Assembly: GCA_964016885.1 (NCBI GenBank)
Contig: OZ024740.1
Span: 258,416,001 to 258,480,000 of the forward strand
From: Eledone cirrhosa
Lineage: Eukaryota
Length of the DNA: 64,000 nucleotides
Direction: 5' to 3'
Both the position numbers and the translations under genes were made by a program. The notes below the pieces were generated by a model. It did not search any database. It worked only from the letters and a program-made list of their open reading frames with translations, and was not told where the DNA came from. Shown here piece after piece: positions 29,010-42,566 of this stretch (position 1 is its first letter; each line of letters opens with the position of its first letter).

Positions 29010-30151
29010 TTTTAATACATATATGTATGTATGCATGAAATTCATATATGTATGTGTATATATATATGTATGTGTTTGTGTGTGTGTGTTTCTATATGCC
29101 TGACATACAATATCTGACAAAGCAACCACACCCAGGTAGGGCTGGTGGTGTAACGTGTCCTTTAGTAAACGTAGATCAGGTATCTTCTACAAACAAACAC
29201 ACGTGCGCCCGCGCACACACAGGCACGCACAAACACACACATACACGCAAACACACACACATACACACGCCAACACACACACACGCACACACACACACAC
29301 ACACACACATACATATAGTGAGTGTGGAATTTAGCCTGTTTATGAGAGCGTCATCAGACAAGATGACCATTGTGATAAACAGGCGAAGCTGCAACGTAAC
29401 AAGACTCACTATTCAGACTCAATAAAATGAATATCAAAGGTCTACTTCAGTATTGAGTACTCTTTTCTCTCAGCCGTTCACCACACACACACACACAAAG
29501 CAAAGAATCAATGCTTTCCCGTTAGGGATGAACGCATTGATTCTTTGCTTAAACTTTAATCTGTTATTTTAATATATATAAATATATGCGTACATAAGAC
29601 AGTCAGCAAATACCCTAAACCGAATATTAGCCTGTACCCATAACTCCTGCCAAACAAACCATATTCACCATCCAAATTCAGCTAATCAAACGCAGACTAC
29701 CCATTCTCCCAAAATCCGCTTACACAACCCACTGCAAATGCCATATTACCCAGCTTCTATATAATAAAGCCAAAACTATTATCTGGACTTCAAAAATGAC
29801 GATTTATACAACTGTCGTTGACATCAAACTTTGGGATAGAAACAGTTGATTAGACCGACCTTAATAGCTGATTGGTACTTTATTTTAGAAACCTTCAGAT
29901 GGATGAAAGGGAAATATTATCACGGTTGAATTTGTACTCAGGACATACAAACAACAAATATCACATTATCACATTTTGACGCTGAGATTTTGACAGAAAC
30001 TGAAAAAGTTGTTTTATTTTTTTTTTTCAAAGTTGTTCAATTCAAAATCTATTACCTGTTAATATCTGTATTTAAACGTATTTTAATACAATTTTCAATA
30101 TATTTAAAAAAGATATTTTATATATTTAAAAAAGATAAACCTATTCAGACT

Positions 30152-30310
30152 AGGTGAAGTCGCATAGCTTAATGATTAGAAAATTAGATTTGCAATGGTA
30201 AGGTTATGAGTTCGATTCCGGGACCGTGGTGTGCGTTGTGTCCTTGAGAAAGACACTTTTTTTCATGTTGTTTCAGTTCCCTCAGCTGTAGAAATACGAC
30301 GGTACTGGTG
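30152..30310 (+). mobile_element. tRNA-derived SINE, second family
   Basis: TAGCTTAATG A box, GAGTTCGATTCC B box, gcgttgtgtccttgagaaagacactt; related piece near 57725-57820. Confidence 0.55.
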
Positions 30311-30407
30311 CCAAGATATGTCGGTATGTTTCTATCCCTTGGACAACATATATTCTGACTATATACTGTACGTAGTGTATATACAATGTATATATATATA
30401 TGTATAT

Positions 30408-30479
<72 letters not shown>

Positions 30480-31275
30480 GTATATATGTTGTCACGTCAC
30501 TGGTGCCAAGCAGTATCGGCTTTTGCTTTTCCTTTGGACAACATTGGTGGCGTGGAGAAGGAAGACAGGCATACATTCAGTATTGACAGCACAGATACAA
30601 AAGTATATATTATTTAAAAAGCTATTATTTATTTGGCATGGGTGCAGTTGCTTCTAAGACTCATTTTCAGCTGAGTGAACTGGAGCAACGTAAAATGTAT
30701 CAAACCAACGAACCTAACATCGTGAGCCAAACATCCTAACCAATAGGCCATGCGTTTTCTTATCATCTTTATGTGGATGTGAATTAGTTTTATCATTTTA
30801 TATTCTTTTTGTTTCATTCTTGCACAGGTTAGACGAAGGTATCCTAGTTTTATAGTTATTGAAACAAGTAAAATTATATATTGCTTGTCCGTTACATGAC
30901 TAATTCCCAGCTGGAATCGTGAAATGAAACCTGCAGTGTATCATGGTTTCAATGGCATTAAATGGCCAAGCTTACAAGACGAGACGTCTGTCCACTACAT
31001 TACTGGACCAACGCGAAAGGCGGAGCATAGCTCAAGGACAACCGATGTGTGAATTGGAATTAAAAAGTAGATAACAGTGGAGCCCTTTGTATTGTACAAA
31101 GAAGATTGCAATGGTACACACACACACTGAGAAATATACACAATGGTGCTATTAAGTTAGACATGGCCTGGGCCACCGAAATCTATCAAAATTATCAATG
31201 TTATATATATATATATGTATGTATACATATATATGCACACACACACACACAGATACACACGCATATATATATATA

Positions 31276-31460
31276 TAATTGTTTCTACTTTTGGCACAAG
31301 GCCAGTAATTACCCCAGTGCATTACTGGTGCTTTGTTTTAATGACCCAGTAAGGAAGAAAGGCAAAGTTGACCTCGGTGGGATTTGAACTCTGAGTGCAG
31401 AGAGCTGGAACGAATACCGTAAAGCATTCTATCCGACGTTCTAACGGCTCTGCCAATTCG
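31276..31460 (-). mobile_element. tRNA-derived SINE (4297 family, diverged)
   Basis: Reverse complement of the SINE core and B box (gggatttgaactc). Confidence 0.7.
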
Positions 31461-31817
31461 CTATATAATGTAAGTGGTTCACTGAATTACTGATGTTCGA
31501 ACCAAATCAAGCAAACTCTGCACAGGCAGAGTGTATATAAAAATATTTTTTTTTGTCACATAGCCAGTCGGAGGAGCAGATCGATAGTGGAGCCGGGTTC
31601 ATAACTCTTATGGGTGACTTTGAGCCAATCCTCTGTGAAACGCTCGTAACAGATCGATACACAATAAATATATTTTATATGAAAACGAAACAGTCTTCGT
31701 TTTTTTAATTATATATATGTGTGTGTGTGTGTGTAAAATGTTAACAGAAATAAGAACACAATTGGTACAGTATATGGAAGGGATATATTAGGTTAAAGCT
31801 GGATATAGCAGGAAGAT

Positions 31818-31858
31818 GGTCTTAACGTTTCGGACGATATTCCTTCATCAGAATAGAT
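31818..31858 (-). ncRNA. Minimal hammerhead ribozyme in a short PLE pLTR remnant (31735-31860)
   Basis: CTGATGA A GGA ATATCG TCC GAAAC GTT AAGACC; AACGTT palindrome typical of dimeric PLE hammerheads. Confidence 0.6.
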
Positions 31859-32449
31859 AGATAAATATATAGATATATTAAATGTTCCTTTATTACTTCA
31901 TTAAAGAAGGAACTTATGATCATAAAATATACCCTAAACACTAGACAATGTGATTTGTCTGTATATGAGATGTATATCTCTCTAGCAATATACCCTATAT
32001 CTAATTTCGGTCCTAAATTGAACTTCAGAAACGAGATTGATGACACCACCTGACAACAACATTATTTTAACGTCATTAATATAGTGTCAATCTCTGTTTG
32101 TTTAAGCCAAAGATGTGGATGAATTAGTTCATATAGCTTGAATCAGAACCTAACCCAAAGAGAAACTGCAGATTTATGCTCTTAAAATTTTGGCTAATAG
32201 AAAAACATCTTGAAGTGTAAGACGGTCTTTCAATGCTCTATTGCTTCATTGAACTATATTACGTTAGTGCTTTGAACCCACCGACTGACCTTCATAAGAT
32301 AGGTGGTTCGTATGGGGGAAAGGAAGCTGTAGATGTACAGCTCGGTTCCTAATGTTCATAACGCAGTAGGGATATTAAAAGTACACACACTGACACACAT
32401 ACACATTTATATGACTATTGATGTATATTAATACACACACACACACATA

Positions 32450-32557
<108 letters not shown>

Positions 32558-32890
32558 TATATATATATATATATGTATATATATTCATATATATATATGC
32601 ATATGTATATATATGCCTTACAATGAATATACATCCACACTCTATATATATGTATATAGTGTGTATGTGCATATGTTTGTGCGTGCGTGCGTCTGTGTGT
32701 GTGTGTGTGTGTCTCTCTGTGTGTGTTTGTGTTTGTTTGTGTGTGTATGTGTGTGTCTGTATGTGTGTGTTTGTGTGTGTATTTCAAGATTTCAAGTTAC
32801 AAAAAGACAAACACAGAGATACAATTTCACCTTATTAGTTTCACGCTTGATGGAAAAGGAAAGGCAATGCTTGAACGTATCGGACTTTAG

Positions 32891-32934
<44 letters not shown>

Positions 32935-32938
<4 letters not shown>

Positions 32939-33482
32939 TATGTATACGTACATAAATATATGTGTACAGACGCACAGTATATATATACATACATGCACAC
33001 ATATATATATATATGTATGGGTTTACCGAACATTTATTATAATGTTCGGTTTGTTTGTAAATTACGCCGTACAGTGCTCGGCAACCATCGTCGCCCTTTT
33101 TTTCAACACTGACACAGGAACGATGTACTAGTTTCAAGCGTATTAGCTATCGTCAGCATCGTATACTTTTCTGTCAGATGATTGAACGTTTGAATGTATA
33201 TAATTTTCTCATGCATATTAACGGCTGAGCAGCCTAATTTGCATATCGGGTGAGTTAGTCGGCCGGGCGCACCGAAAACGATAAATGGAAAAGAATGAAA
33301 CGAAATTTCATTTCTCACTCTTAGTACGGCTGATACCTAAATATAAGTATGTATACGTACATATATGTGTACAGGCGCACAGTAGTATGTATATATATAC
33401 ATACATGCACACATATGTACGTATGGGTTTACCGAACATTTATCATAATGTTCGGTTTGTTTGTAAACAAACAGCCCGAATA
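32935..33482 (+). repeat. Helentron-like non-autonomous repeat, 1.3 tandem units
   Basis: Same ~430-bp unit as 60001-60430; hairpin GGCAAC-CATC-GTCGCC followed by a T run. Confidence 0.6.
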
Positions 33483-34777
33483 TATATATATATATATATA
33501 TATAGTTTAAGAATAAACACGACAAACACTGAGAAAGAGGGACAGACAGACAGAAAAATAAATAGATATATAACTAGTTGATAGACTGACAGATAAATAG
33601 ATAAATAGAGAGACAGACAGATAGATAGATGAAAAAGTTATTCAGAAGAAGAAGACTTATAAGCAAAGATATACACGTTTCTATTATGATGGATATAAGT
33701 TTGGTGTAGTCGAAATCGAAATTGCAACCATCCAGTTAATGACCACATTGTCTGTTTACCTTGAGATTTAGCATTCACTTTTCTTCCCCTCCCTCCCCCA
33801 TGTCTTTAATCTCAGCCCCAATATTCAACAAGATGTATTTTTCACATCAAGACTCTAAGTATGTTTACATACCTAAACTGTGATATATAAAGAACTTACA
33901 GTTTTAGCGTTCTGTGGCTCTCTATTACCCTTTCTTCACCCAATGTCAGAAGCTGAGAAATGGCGCCATCGAAACACAACTCACATATGGGGTGGATGTG
34001 TGAAGGTGGAGGTAACTATGGCGGTGGTGGTGGGGACGTTCGGAAGAGTGTGTTAATGTCTGTGATGGAAGTGTGAAGGTGGTGAAGCTGGCGAAGGTGG
34101 TGGTGGTAGTAGTGGTGGCAGTGGTGCTGTTTATGGACGTGGTGATGGTGGTAAGCATGATGAGGAGGAAGGGGTGATAGTAAGAGTTGTAAGGTGGTGT
34201 TGGTGATTGTGGTGGTGATTATGGCGGTAGTGGTTGTGGTGATGGTGGTGATGGTGGTGGTGGCAGTGGTTGTGGTGTCAGTTGCGGTGATGGTGCCGAT
34301 GATGCTGGATATGGTCGTAGTGGTAGTGATGGTGTGAGTGAGTTTAGTATTAGTAGTAGTAATAATAAGAGTAGTAGTTATTGCTTATGATGATGATTAG
34401 CACAAATTGAAATACCTAGAATGAAACACATTCCAATACGAACTATCATGTCTTCTTAATAACTAGCTAATACTACCTTATCCAATACGTTATATCCACG
34501 TTATATTACGAGTGAGTTGGCTGCTATATCTAGCAGATTATCCAACCACATAGAAGCTCTCTCGATGTCTATGTTAGTGATGTATGGTGAATGAGGGGGG
34601 AGGGAGGACGATGTTATGTTTTGTTAGGGTCGGCTTGTTGTTTGTTTATCATTTCGTGTCTATTAATCAGACAGTGCTGCCCTCTGTCGCTCATCCCAGT
34701 TATAAACATTACTGATGTCTTCAGCCTGTGTCACGGGGTTGGCGTATTTGAGTGTTTGTAAGAGTGGTTTCTGGACG

Positions 34778-34875
<98 letters not shown>

Positions 34876-34970
34876 TGTGTATGTGTGAGTGAAAATGTAA
34901 GTATGTATTAGTGTGTATGTGTACATGCGTGTGAGAGGTGACGGTAAGTGTATATATATATATATATATA

Positions 34971-35304
34971 CAGTTATCCCCTAGTATTCGCGGGTGTTAT
35001 GTTCCTAGAGCACCAGCGAATTTTGGACGCAGTTCATAAAATGCCCATAAACGTTTAAATATAACGTAAAATATAATATAAAAGAGGAGCGTCTTATGCG
35101 AAGGGGCGTTCAATACCACGGCAAATACGGTATATTGTTATTAATAATTTAACGTTAAAAATATATATTACCAAGAAAAGAGCTATTAAAAAATCGTGGA
35201 AAATATTTACGATTCCACGAATATGCGTTGGTATCCACTTACAATTATTAGTTAGATTCTAAGGAACATTCCGCGAATAAACGGGACCGTGAATTCCGGG
35301 GGTA

Positions 35305-35309
<5 letters not shown>
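34971..35309. mobile_element. Tigger/pogo-like MITE
   Basis: Imperfect TIRs cagttatcccctagtattcgcgg / ccgtgaattccgggggtaaacta plus subterminal gttcctaga / tctaaggaac; flanked by TA. Confidence 0.6.
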
Positions 35310-35338
<29 letters not shown>

Positions 35339-35439
35339 CATGTGATTAATATCCCCACAGGTACTAAGTACCTACGGAAATATATAGGGTGTCTATAATA
35401 CAATTGTTGTTCAATTGTACTAATTTGAGATACCAGAAC

Positions 35440-36668
35440 TATAAAAACGAGATGAGCGGAACAAGCAAGCATTAAACAATCTTTTAAATAAATTAAAATA
35501 CGATTTAAATATTCACCTTTCAAAATGCTGTTTCCGACGATTTCGCTTCACAAAAGATTGGAAATTCAGAGAATTTCCAATGGAAAGATCAGCTCTTCAG
35601 ACATGCTCGAATTAAATGGTCCTGGTTCATATTGGAAATTATTCTGACTATGGCGGCTTTCAAAGAACCTTTGGTGTTATGGGCTTTTCATTGACCTCTC
35701 GCTCAACAACGCTTTACATGTAGTAGTACAATGGATTGAGATCTGTGGAGTTAGGAGGCCAAATGTTAGGGGTTTTGTGATCATGGAAACTTTCAGCCAT
35801 CCATTCCTGCGTTACTTGAGCCTTGTGTAATGGTACAGTGTCTTGCTGAAGTGCATAAAGCCTTCCATTACATACACTGTCTATCCTAGGCTTAACAATT
35901 ATATCCAGGACCACAATAGCTGGCAGTAGAGTTAACTCTAAGTAAGACCTTGTGGAAAGAAGTGAGGAGGCATCACATAGCATTCGTTGCTGACAGCCCC
36001 CAAAAGCATGACAGTTGCAGGAAATGGTGTGTGCAGAACTGTTGGAACTTCAGAAGTGTCTGCACGTAACCATCTGTGATTTCTTTTGTTAACAATTTCT
36101 AAACTTGGTCAAAGTTTTTTTCATCTGAGAAAAACCAAATCACATCATCTTCTGCTGGATTTTTAAGTTTGTTTAAAAGCCTTTTATATCTGATTAAGCG
36201 ATTTTCTTTTGTCTTTTCTGACATAAATTGACCTTTCTTCATCACATGAGACTTATATTTGATGCCATCGTGGACAACATTTCTGATTGTTCCTTCTGAC
36301 ACATGGAAATCTTTTGCAAGTGACTTCATAGATTTTCTTGGATTGTCATCAATGGTCTACTGAACTTGCTGGATAAATTCAGGTGTTTGGAATGTGTTTT
36401 ACGCACTGATACTGCTGATACGTTTCCATCTTCAGTCTCTAATTCTCTATGACCTTTGTAGACGAAAGATCTGGCGACTTTTAAAAATCGAGATGTCTCT
36501 AAATCGCTACACCCAGCCTTTATAACTACAATTACAGCATGCCTTTTCATTTCTTGAGTAAGCTGAGTGTCTTTTTTGCCAGTATTGTTTTCCGAAAAAC
36601 AGATATAAAGTTTAGTATAATGCAGCAATAACCAAAAAATGGTATGTCCCCAAATACCTTACTCACGC
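35440..36668 (-). mobile_element. Tc1/mariner element (maT/DD37D-like), transposase pseudogene
   Basis: MKSLAKDFHVSEGTIR, WFFSDEKNF, QQDTVPLHKAQVTQEWM, IWPPNSTDLNPLYYY; frameshifted. Confidence 0.85.
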
Positions 36669-36764
36669 TATATATATATATATTTGTATATGTTCGTCCT
36701 GTTCGGGAAGCCTCATTACCCGAGGACGAACACAAGAGACGTCCGCATTCGTTCGTCAGATAAG

Positions 36765-36815
<51 letters not shown>

Positions 36816-37835
36816 AGAGAGAGAGAGGGAGAGAGAGCGAAGTGTATATGAGTTAATATATATATATATACGCATAAATATATACACACACGCATATATA
36901 TATGTGTGTGTGCATGTGTGTGTGTGTGTGAAACGGTGTGTGTGAGTATGTATGAGTGTGTGTGTGTGGAAAAAGGTTATGGAAGTAATAATGACAACGA
37001 CGACGTCGATGGTGATGATGACAATGAGTATAATGATGATCATGATGATGATGATGAGGAGGAGGAGGTGGAGGAGGAAGTGGAGGAGGATTGTTCTGAT
37101 TACGTAGCCGTTAGTTTCAAGTCGACTATGATTAAGTTGACATAAGATCAAGGGTGATGCAAACGTGAACATCCAGTCTTGTTTTCGTTGTGAACATAGT
37201 GTACCTGGGAATTTATTATCCATTGTGGTGGTGTTAATGTTGTGCTCATGAATGTGAAATTTTATTAGAATTTACCCTGAAGTTGAACCAACCAGGGTAC
37301 ATCTATCTGTTCCACTGATCTGCTAGAAATAGTAACCACATCTACAAATAATTTATAGACACATTGGATAATGTAGTCCTCAAAAGACGGGATTGTCAGG
37401 GCTATAAATCTTGAACCAAATATATCCGCATTAACAAGTACATTCTTGACAAGTACAAAGCATCACTTTGACAGTATCACATTAAATAGTAAAACCTTTA
37501 CCTCTAATAGTGTACATTTTAACAAGAACCTGTCCACTAGTAAAGGTATTTTTAAAACGTTGAATAAACCAACCAGGTTTAAGAAATTTTTTGCCAAATC
37601 ATGATAGGATGTGAAGACGTATGTAATTGACACACTAAGTTTAAAAGGCGTTTTAAGATCTGGTTGATTAGTTAGATTAAACGTGACAGAAAAGGTCTGA
37701 CTATATGTACACCTAGACCAAATAACTTTTAAAAATCAATTTCACTGAAAAATGATAAAAATATACACAGACATGTATATAATGTGAAATGAAACTGGAA
37801 GGCCCATATATATATATATGTGTGTGCTTGCATAC

Positions 37836-37944
<109 letters not shown>

Positions 37945-38849
37945 TGATGGTAGCTATGATACTTCCAAAGGCGGTATGCCGGTTGAGCACTCTATGTTCT
38001 TACAGAGCAGAGTGTGATATAATATAAAACGAAAAATCAGTGATGCATCTGAACTCAATTTATTGTGTGTTACAATTGTTTCGCCGGCAGACAGCTCGAG
38101 ACACGATCATTGTGTGGATCTGTCTGATTCTGGATCTGGAGGTTCGTCGGACACTTCTAATAACTTCAATGAATCCCTGCTGGGTTTGGTAGTTCACACG
38201 TCCACGAGCGCACTCACACACGCATATATATATATATACACACTCACACACACACACGCACACAATCATATAAATAACAACATCCGTACGCATATACTCC
38301 CGCTATACATACGCACTCAAAGAGAACCCATAAAACTATAGACATACGCATCCACAGACGCCTGCCTACATGCCCGCGTACATCAACTCACACACACACA
38401 CACGCACACAGGCGCACACACATGCATACGCGTATATATACACTTATACACAAACACGTACAGACATATACATAGATACGCACACGCACATACACACACA
38501 TGTCCATATATACAGGCACAAAATCACACATATATATGTATATATATATATATATATGCATATATATACACACAAACAAGCCCTTACCCTACAGTGGGTG
38601 CACGTACACACACACACACAGACACACACACTCACACACACACACACACACACACTGACTCATATACACTCTTACAACTATGCGCCTATTACCTACAGGC
38701 CCACGCACGTCTACAAAGATACATACATACATATATCTGTCTATACATAAATATGATATACACACAAAATCATGTAAAGCTACACAATGGATCATACACA
38801 GGGTCATACATGGGTCATACACAATGGATCATACAAAGCGTCATACATC

Positions 38850-39826
38850 AAAAAAGCCCTGGCACATGCTGCATACGGCGCGTTAAACCATGTAACGACC
38901 TTAGATCGCGTCTTGTTCTTTCGTGTGTGTGTAGTAGTGTAAGTGTGTTTGGGTCTTGGTCTTTTTTTCCAAACGTTAGACGGGTGCTTCCCGCCGTCGA
39001 ACAGGTACCACAAGATTTTCAACCGCCACACGGTGAATTCTCACTTCTACACAGCACCCAACATACCCGACTAGATGGCCAAAACCAACACGGTAAAGAT
39101 AGGGAACCTCGACCGTCAACCGCGTCGGAAGAACGACCGTCCATCGGAGCCCGGAGGACCTCTCGAGGACCGGTCTTCCAACAACAACCCGGCCCTCGCG
39201 TCGGCCGCCACGCCCGCGGAAGACGGTACAATGCAACGCCGGAAGGGAAAGAGTGGCGGAGTGGAGACCACCGTGCCGGCGGAACAACACCCTGAGAATC
39301 TGGGGAGAGCCGTAGCAGATCAAGAGCCAGGCGTCCGAAATTAACAAAATAACGACAGAAAATGTAACTGCAGAGAGGGCACCCAGTACCCCCTGCAGGG
39401 AAGATGCCTGACGAAGGGCCTGGTATATAAATGTGTGGTTAGCACGCACGATATAAAGCGCACCTACATCGGTGAAACATCCACGACCTTTAAATCGCGG
39501 ATGTATAACCACACGTCCTCTTTCAAGGACCGCAGTAAGAGGCACTCTACTAGGCTAGCAGACTTGGTGTGGGACTTGAAAGACAAGGGCACCCCGTACG
39601 CCCTAGACTGGAGTATCGTTCGGCACGCGAATGCATACTCGGCTGGAAGAAGAAAGTGTCACCTATGCCTATACGAGGCCATGGAAATAATCAGACTGAA
39701 GAATGATGCGGTCAACCTGAAATCGGAAATAATCATGACGTGCAGACACCAGATAAGGTACACACTCTCCGCATGGAATCCACCGGGAAGCCCAGGCTAA
39801 AGGCATGCGGCGGAGCGCAGTCCGAC
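38850..39826 (+). mobile_element. GC-rich Naiad-type PLE 3' fragment (linker + GIY-YIG) with an inverted 5' segment
   Basis: Plus strand: FFQTLDGCFPPSNRYHKIFNRHTV, KCNCREGTQYPLQGRC, LVYKC..YIGETSTTFKSRMYNH, CHLCLYE; minus strand 38850-38960: RSKVVTWFNAPY. Confidence 0.85.
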
Positions 39827-39827
39827 C

Positions 39828-42527
39828 GGAGTTTGTCCGAGCGCGTCGTCGCACTTGCTGCGGACCAACCCTCTATAGAATGACGAAGTAGAGACTCCAC
39901 TGATCGCCGGGTCCGCCTGCCAGAGGGCTGTGAGCGCCTGGGCACATTCGATGAACCAATCGCCCATTTTCCTCGGTCTTTGCTTGACCCAGGACTGCAG
40001 CTCGGGCAGCGAGACGAGTCGTGGGAATGCTCGCCTCGTGAACGGGGCCCACACCGGTTGTCCGGTGAGGAATACGTGGAGGTGCCACAGCCTGAGCGCG
40101 TGTTTGCGCATCGTCAGTCACGGCATCCCCAGCCCTCCGTTTGAAGGGTGTTGACAGCAGATGGATCTTCTCAAAAAGGAGCCCGCTTGTTCCAAAGGAA
40201 TTGGAAGAGCGCCCGCTCCATTTTGGTGAACGTTTTGGCTGGACAAGGCACGACGGTCAAGCAGTAGTAGATGACGGGCGCTATAAAAGTGTTCGCCACC
40301 TCCGCTTGACCTTTCAAGGATAGTTTGCACTCGGCCCACTTCTGGGTGAGTGCAAACACCTTGGCCGAAACCTCGTTCTAGTTCTTCTCCACCTGGAGGT
40401 CCGGACCAAACCAGACCCCGAGCAGCTTTACCGGTCCTTCCGTCCAGCTCCCGACGACGCCATCGGAAGGCATCGGTTTGCCTCTCCACGATCCGAGTAG
40501 CAAACCGATGGACTTGTCCCGGTTCAGCTTCACTCCTGTGAACCTTTCGTATTCCGTGCCAACCTCCTCGATTTGAGAGGTGCTCGACACCATTACTGTC
40601 ACGTCGTCGGCGTAGGCCGACGCCACTTTCCGCAGTCCCGGTTCCAGAGGGATAACCTGCAATAGCTCCAACATCCGCAGTAGTGGCTCGCGAGTCAGTA
40701 CGTACAGAAGGGAGGAGAGAGGGCATCCCTGTCGAATGGATCGCGTGATATGGAACGCTCTGAGAAATAGCCGTTTACCTTGACCCTTGAGCAGATGTTG
40801 CTGTTGTGCATTGCAGCAATCCAGCCCCTGAACACGGGTCCGAAGCCTGCCGCCTCGAGCACCGCATCCAGGTAACGATGGTCAACCCTATCGAAAGCCT
40901 TAGACTGATCCAAGTTGATCAGGGCTCCACCGAAGCCGGGTTTACACCCTACCCTCTCTATGAGTTATGGGCCGGAAGTTGCCTATGTCATCCCCCTTAT
41001 TCTCGTCCTTCCTTACTAGTGTGACTACGCCCGTGGTCACAGAACTGGGAATTCTCCCGGTCTGCTGCCAGTTGCAGTAGACCGCTTCCAGGAGACCGGA
41101 GAAGAAGTCCGGCATTGCTACGTCAAATTCGTAGGGTAGACCGTCGAGACCTGGAGATTTGCATTTGCCGCATTGGCTCAGCGCGTCCCCTATCTCAGGG
41201 GCTGAAATCGGCTTTTCGCAGAACTTCACCTCACTATCCGACAGTCGCGGTAGGCCGTCGAGGTATGGACCGAAATCCATAGCCCCTCCCGGCGCACCGC
41301 CCTGCCCGAACAGCTGAGCAAAGTGCCGCTGAAAGGCCGCGCACATCTGCTTCGGCTCACGTATCACGCGTCCGTCTTGGTCCTTCAAAGACAGAATAGT
41401 GGACCTGTTGCACTTTTTGCCTCCGTCACCCGTGCCCAGCTAACAGCTTTGTCTCCCTCGTTACCCAGAGCACGTATTTTGCTTCTGACAACGCAGCCCT
41501 TGTGCTTTGCGTCGAAGAACTGGTCTAAGGCCGTTGCTACACTGGCTACGTTGGCTACGTTGCCACTTCTAATTGCCTCTTCTACTTTATCTATCAGTTC
41601 CTTCTCGGTCCTATTTCTATTTAACGCTAATTATTTATTAAAAACTAACGAGTCTAATCTAACTGCTCTCTTGAGAGAGTACCACCATCTGTTGTTATAA
41701 ATGGCCCTTGTTAAGTGCTGTTTAACTAAAGTGCTCATCCGTCTACTGTAGGCTTTGCATGTCGGTAACGACAAGTCAGCTTCCAGTAGCCGGGTCCTTG
41801 TCTATGGGTTCTATCAAGGTTGACCATGCAGATCACTAGTTTATGATCTGAATAGGCAACCATGAACATTTGTGGACAGCTTAACATGTCCCTATCTTTA
41901 TTTCTAACTAGAACCCTATCTAGGTACGATCTAGATGTTCAGCTACGATTAGTCCACGTCCACAGTGGCACAGTCGATATCTAGTCGATATCTATCGGCC
42001 AGGTCAAATCGGCCGATTAACTGTTTGAGGCTGTTACACCCCCTCCCCCTTTATCGGGACATGATCCCACATAGTCCCTATGTGCATCTAGGATTCCATT
42101 CCAGTCCCCCACTAAAAGCAAGGAGCAGGACGTTCCCCCGAAAAGTCTCTAGACGTTTGAAGAAGTCTGGCCGCGGTGTCCCGGATGAAGCATATGCGGC
42201 CACCAGCTTGAAGGCTCCACCTTCAATACCGTCAACGTCTAGGACCACCAGTCGACCCTCCGGGTCCAGATGTATTGTCTGTGTCACGAGGTTCAGGTGT
42301 TTCCGCAGCAAAACAGCAACTCCGGCCCCACCTCCCGGCTGACAGAAAGATGCGTAGATCTCAAAGTCTTCGAAGATGGGAGCCAGCTGTCGCTCGCTGT
42401 GGATCCTGGACTCGCAAATGGCTATCTCATCCATACTGTGCGACCTGATGGCGTTTAAGAGTTTGCCCTGTTTCCAGGGCAACCCCAGGCTGCGTACATT
42501 CACACATCCAACTCGTATATTGGCCAT
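39828..42527 (-). pseudogene. L1/Tx1-clade LINE ORF2 (APE endonuclease + RT), decayed and 3'-truncated
   Basis: MANIRVGCVNVRSL, KSPGLDGLPYEF, NFRPIT, LDQSKAFDRVDH, RQGCPLSPLLYVL, AYADDVTV. Confidence 0.9.
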
Positions 42528-42566
42528 GTTGGTGCTGAAAAGTTAAAAGAAGAGGAAAAAAATCAC

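Noticed and set aside
36985-37095. Acidic D/E-rich ORF
   Set aside because: GAT/GAG trinucleotide low-complexity sequence
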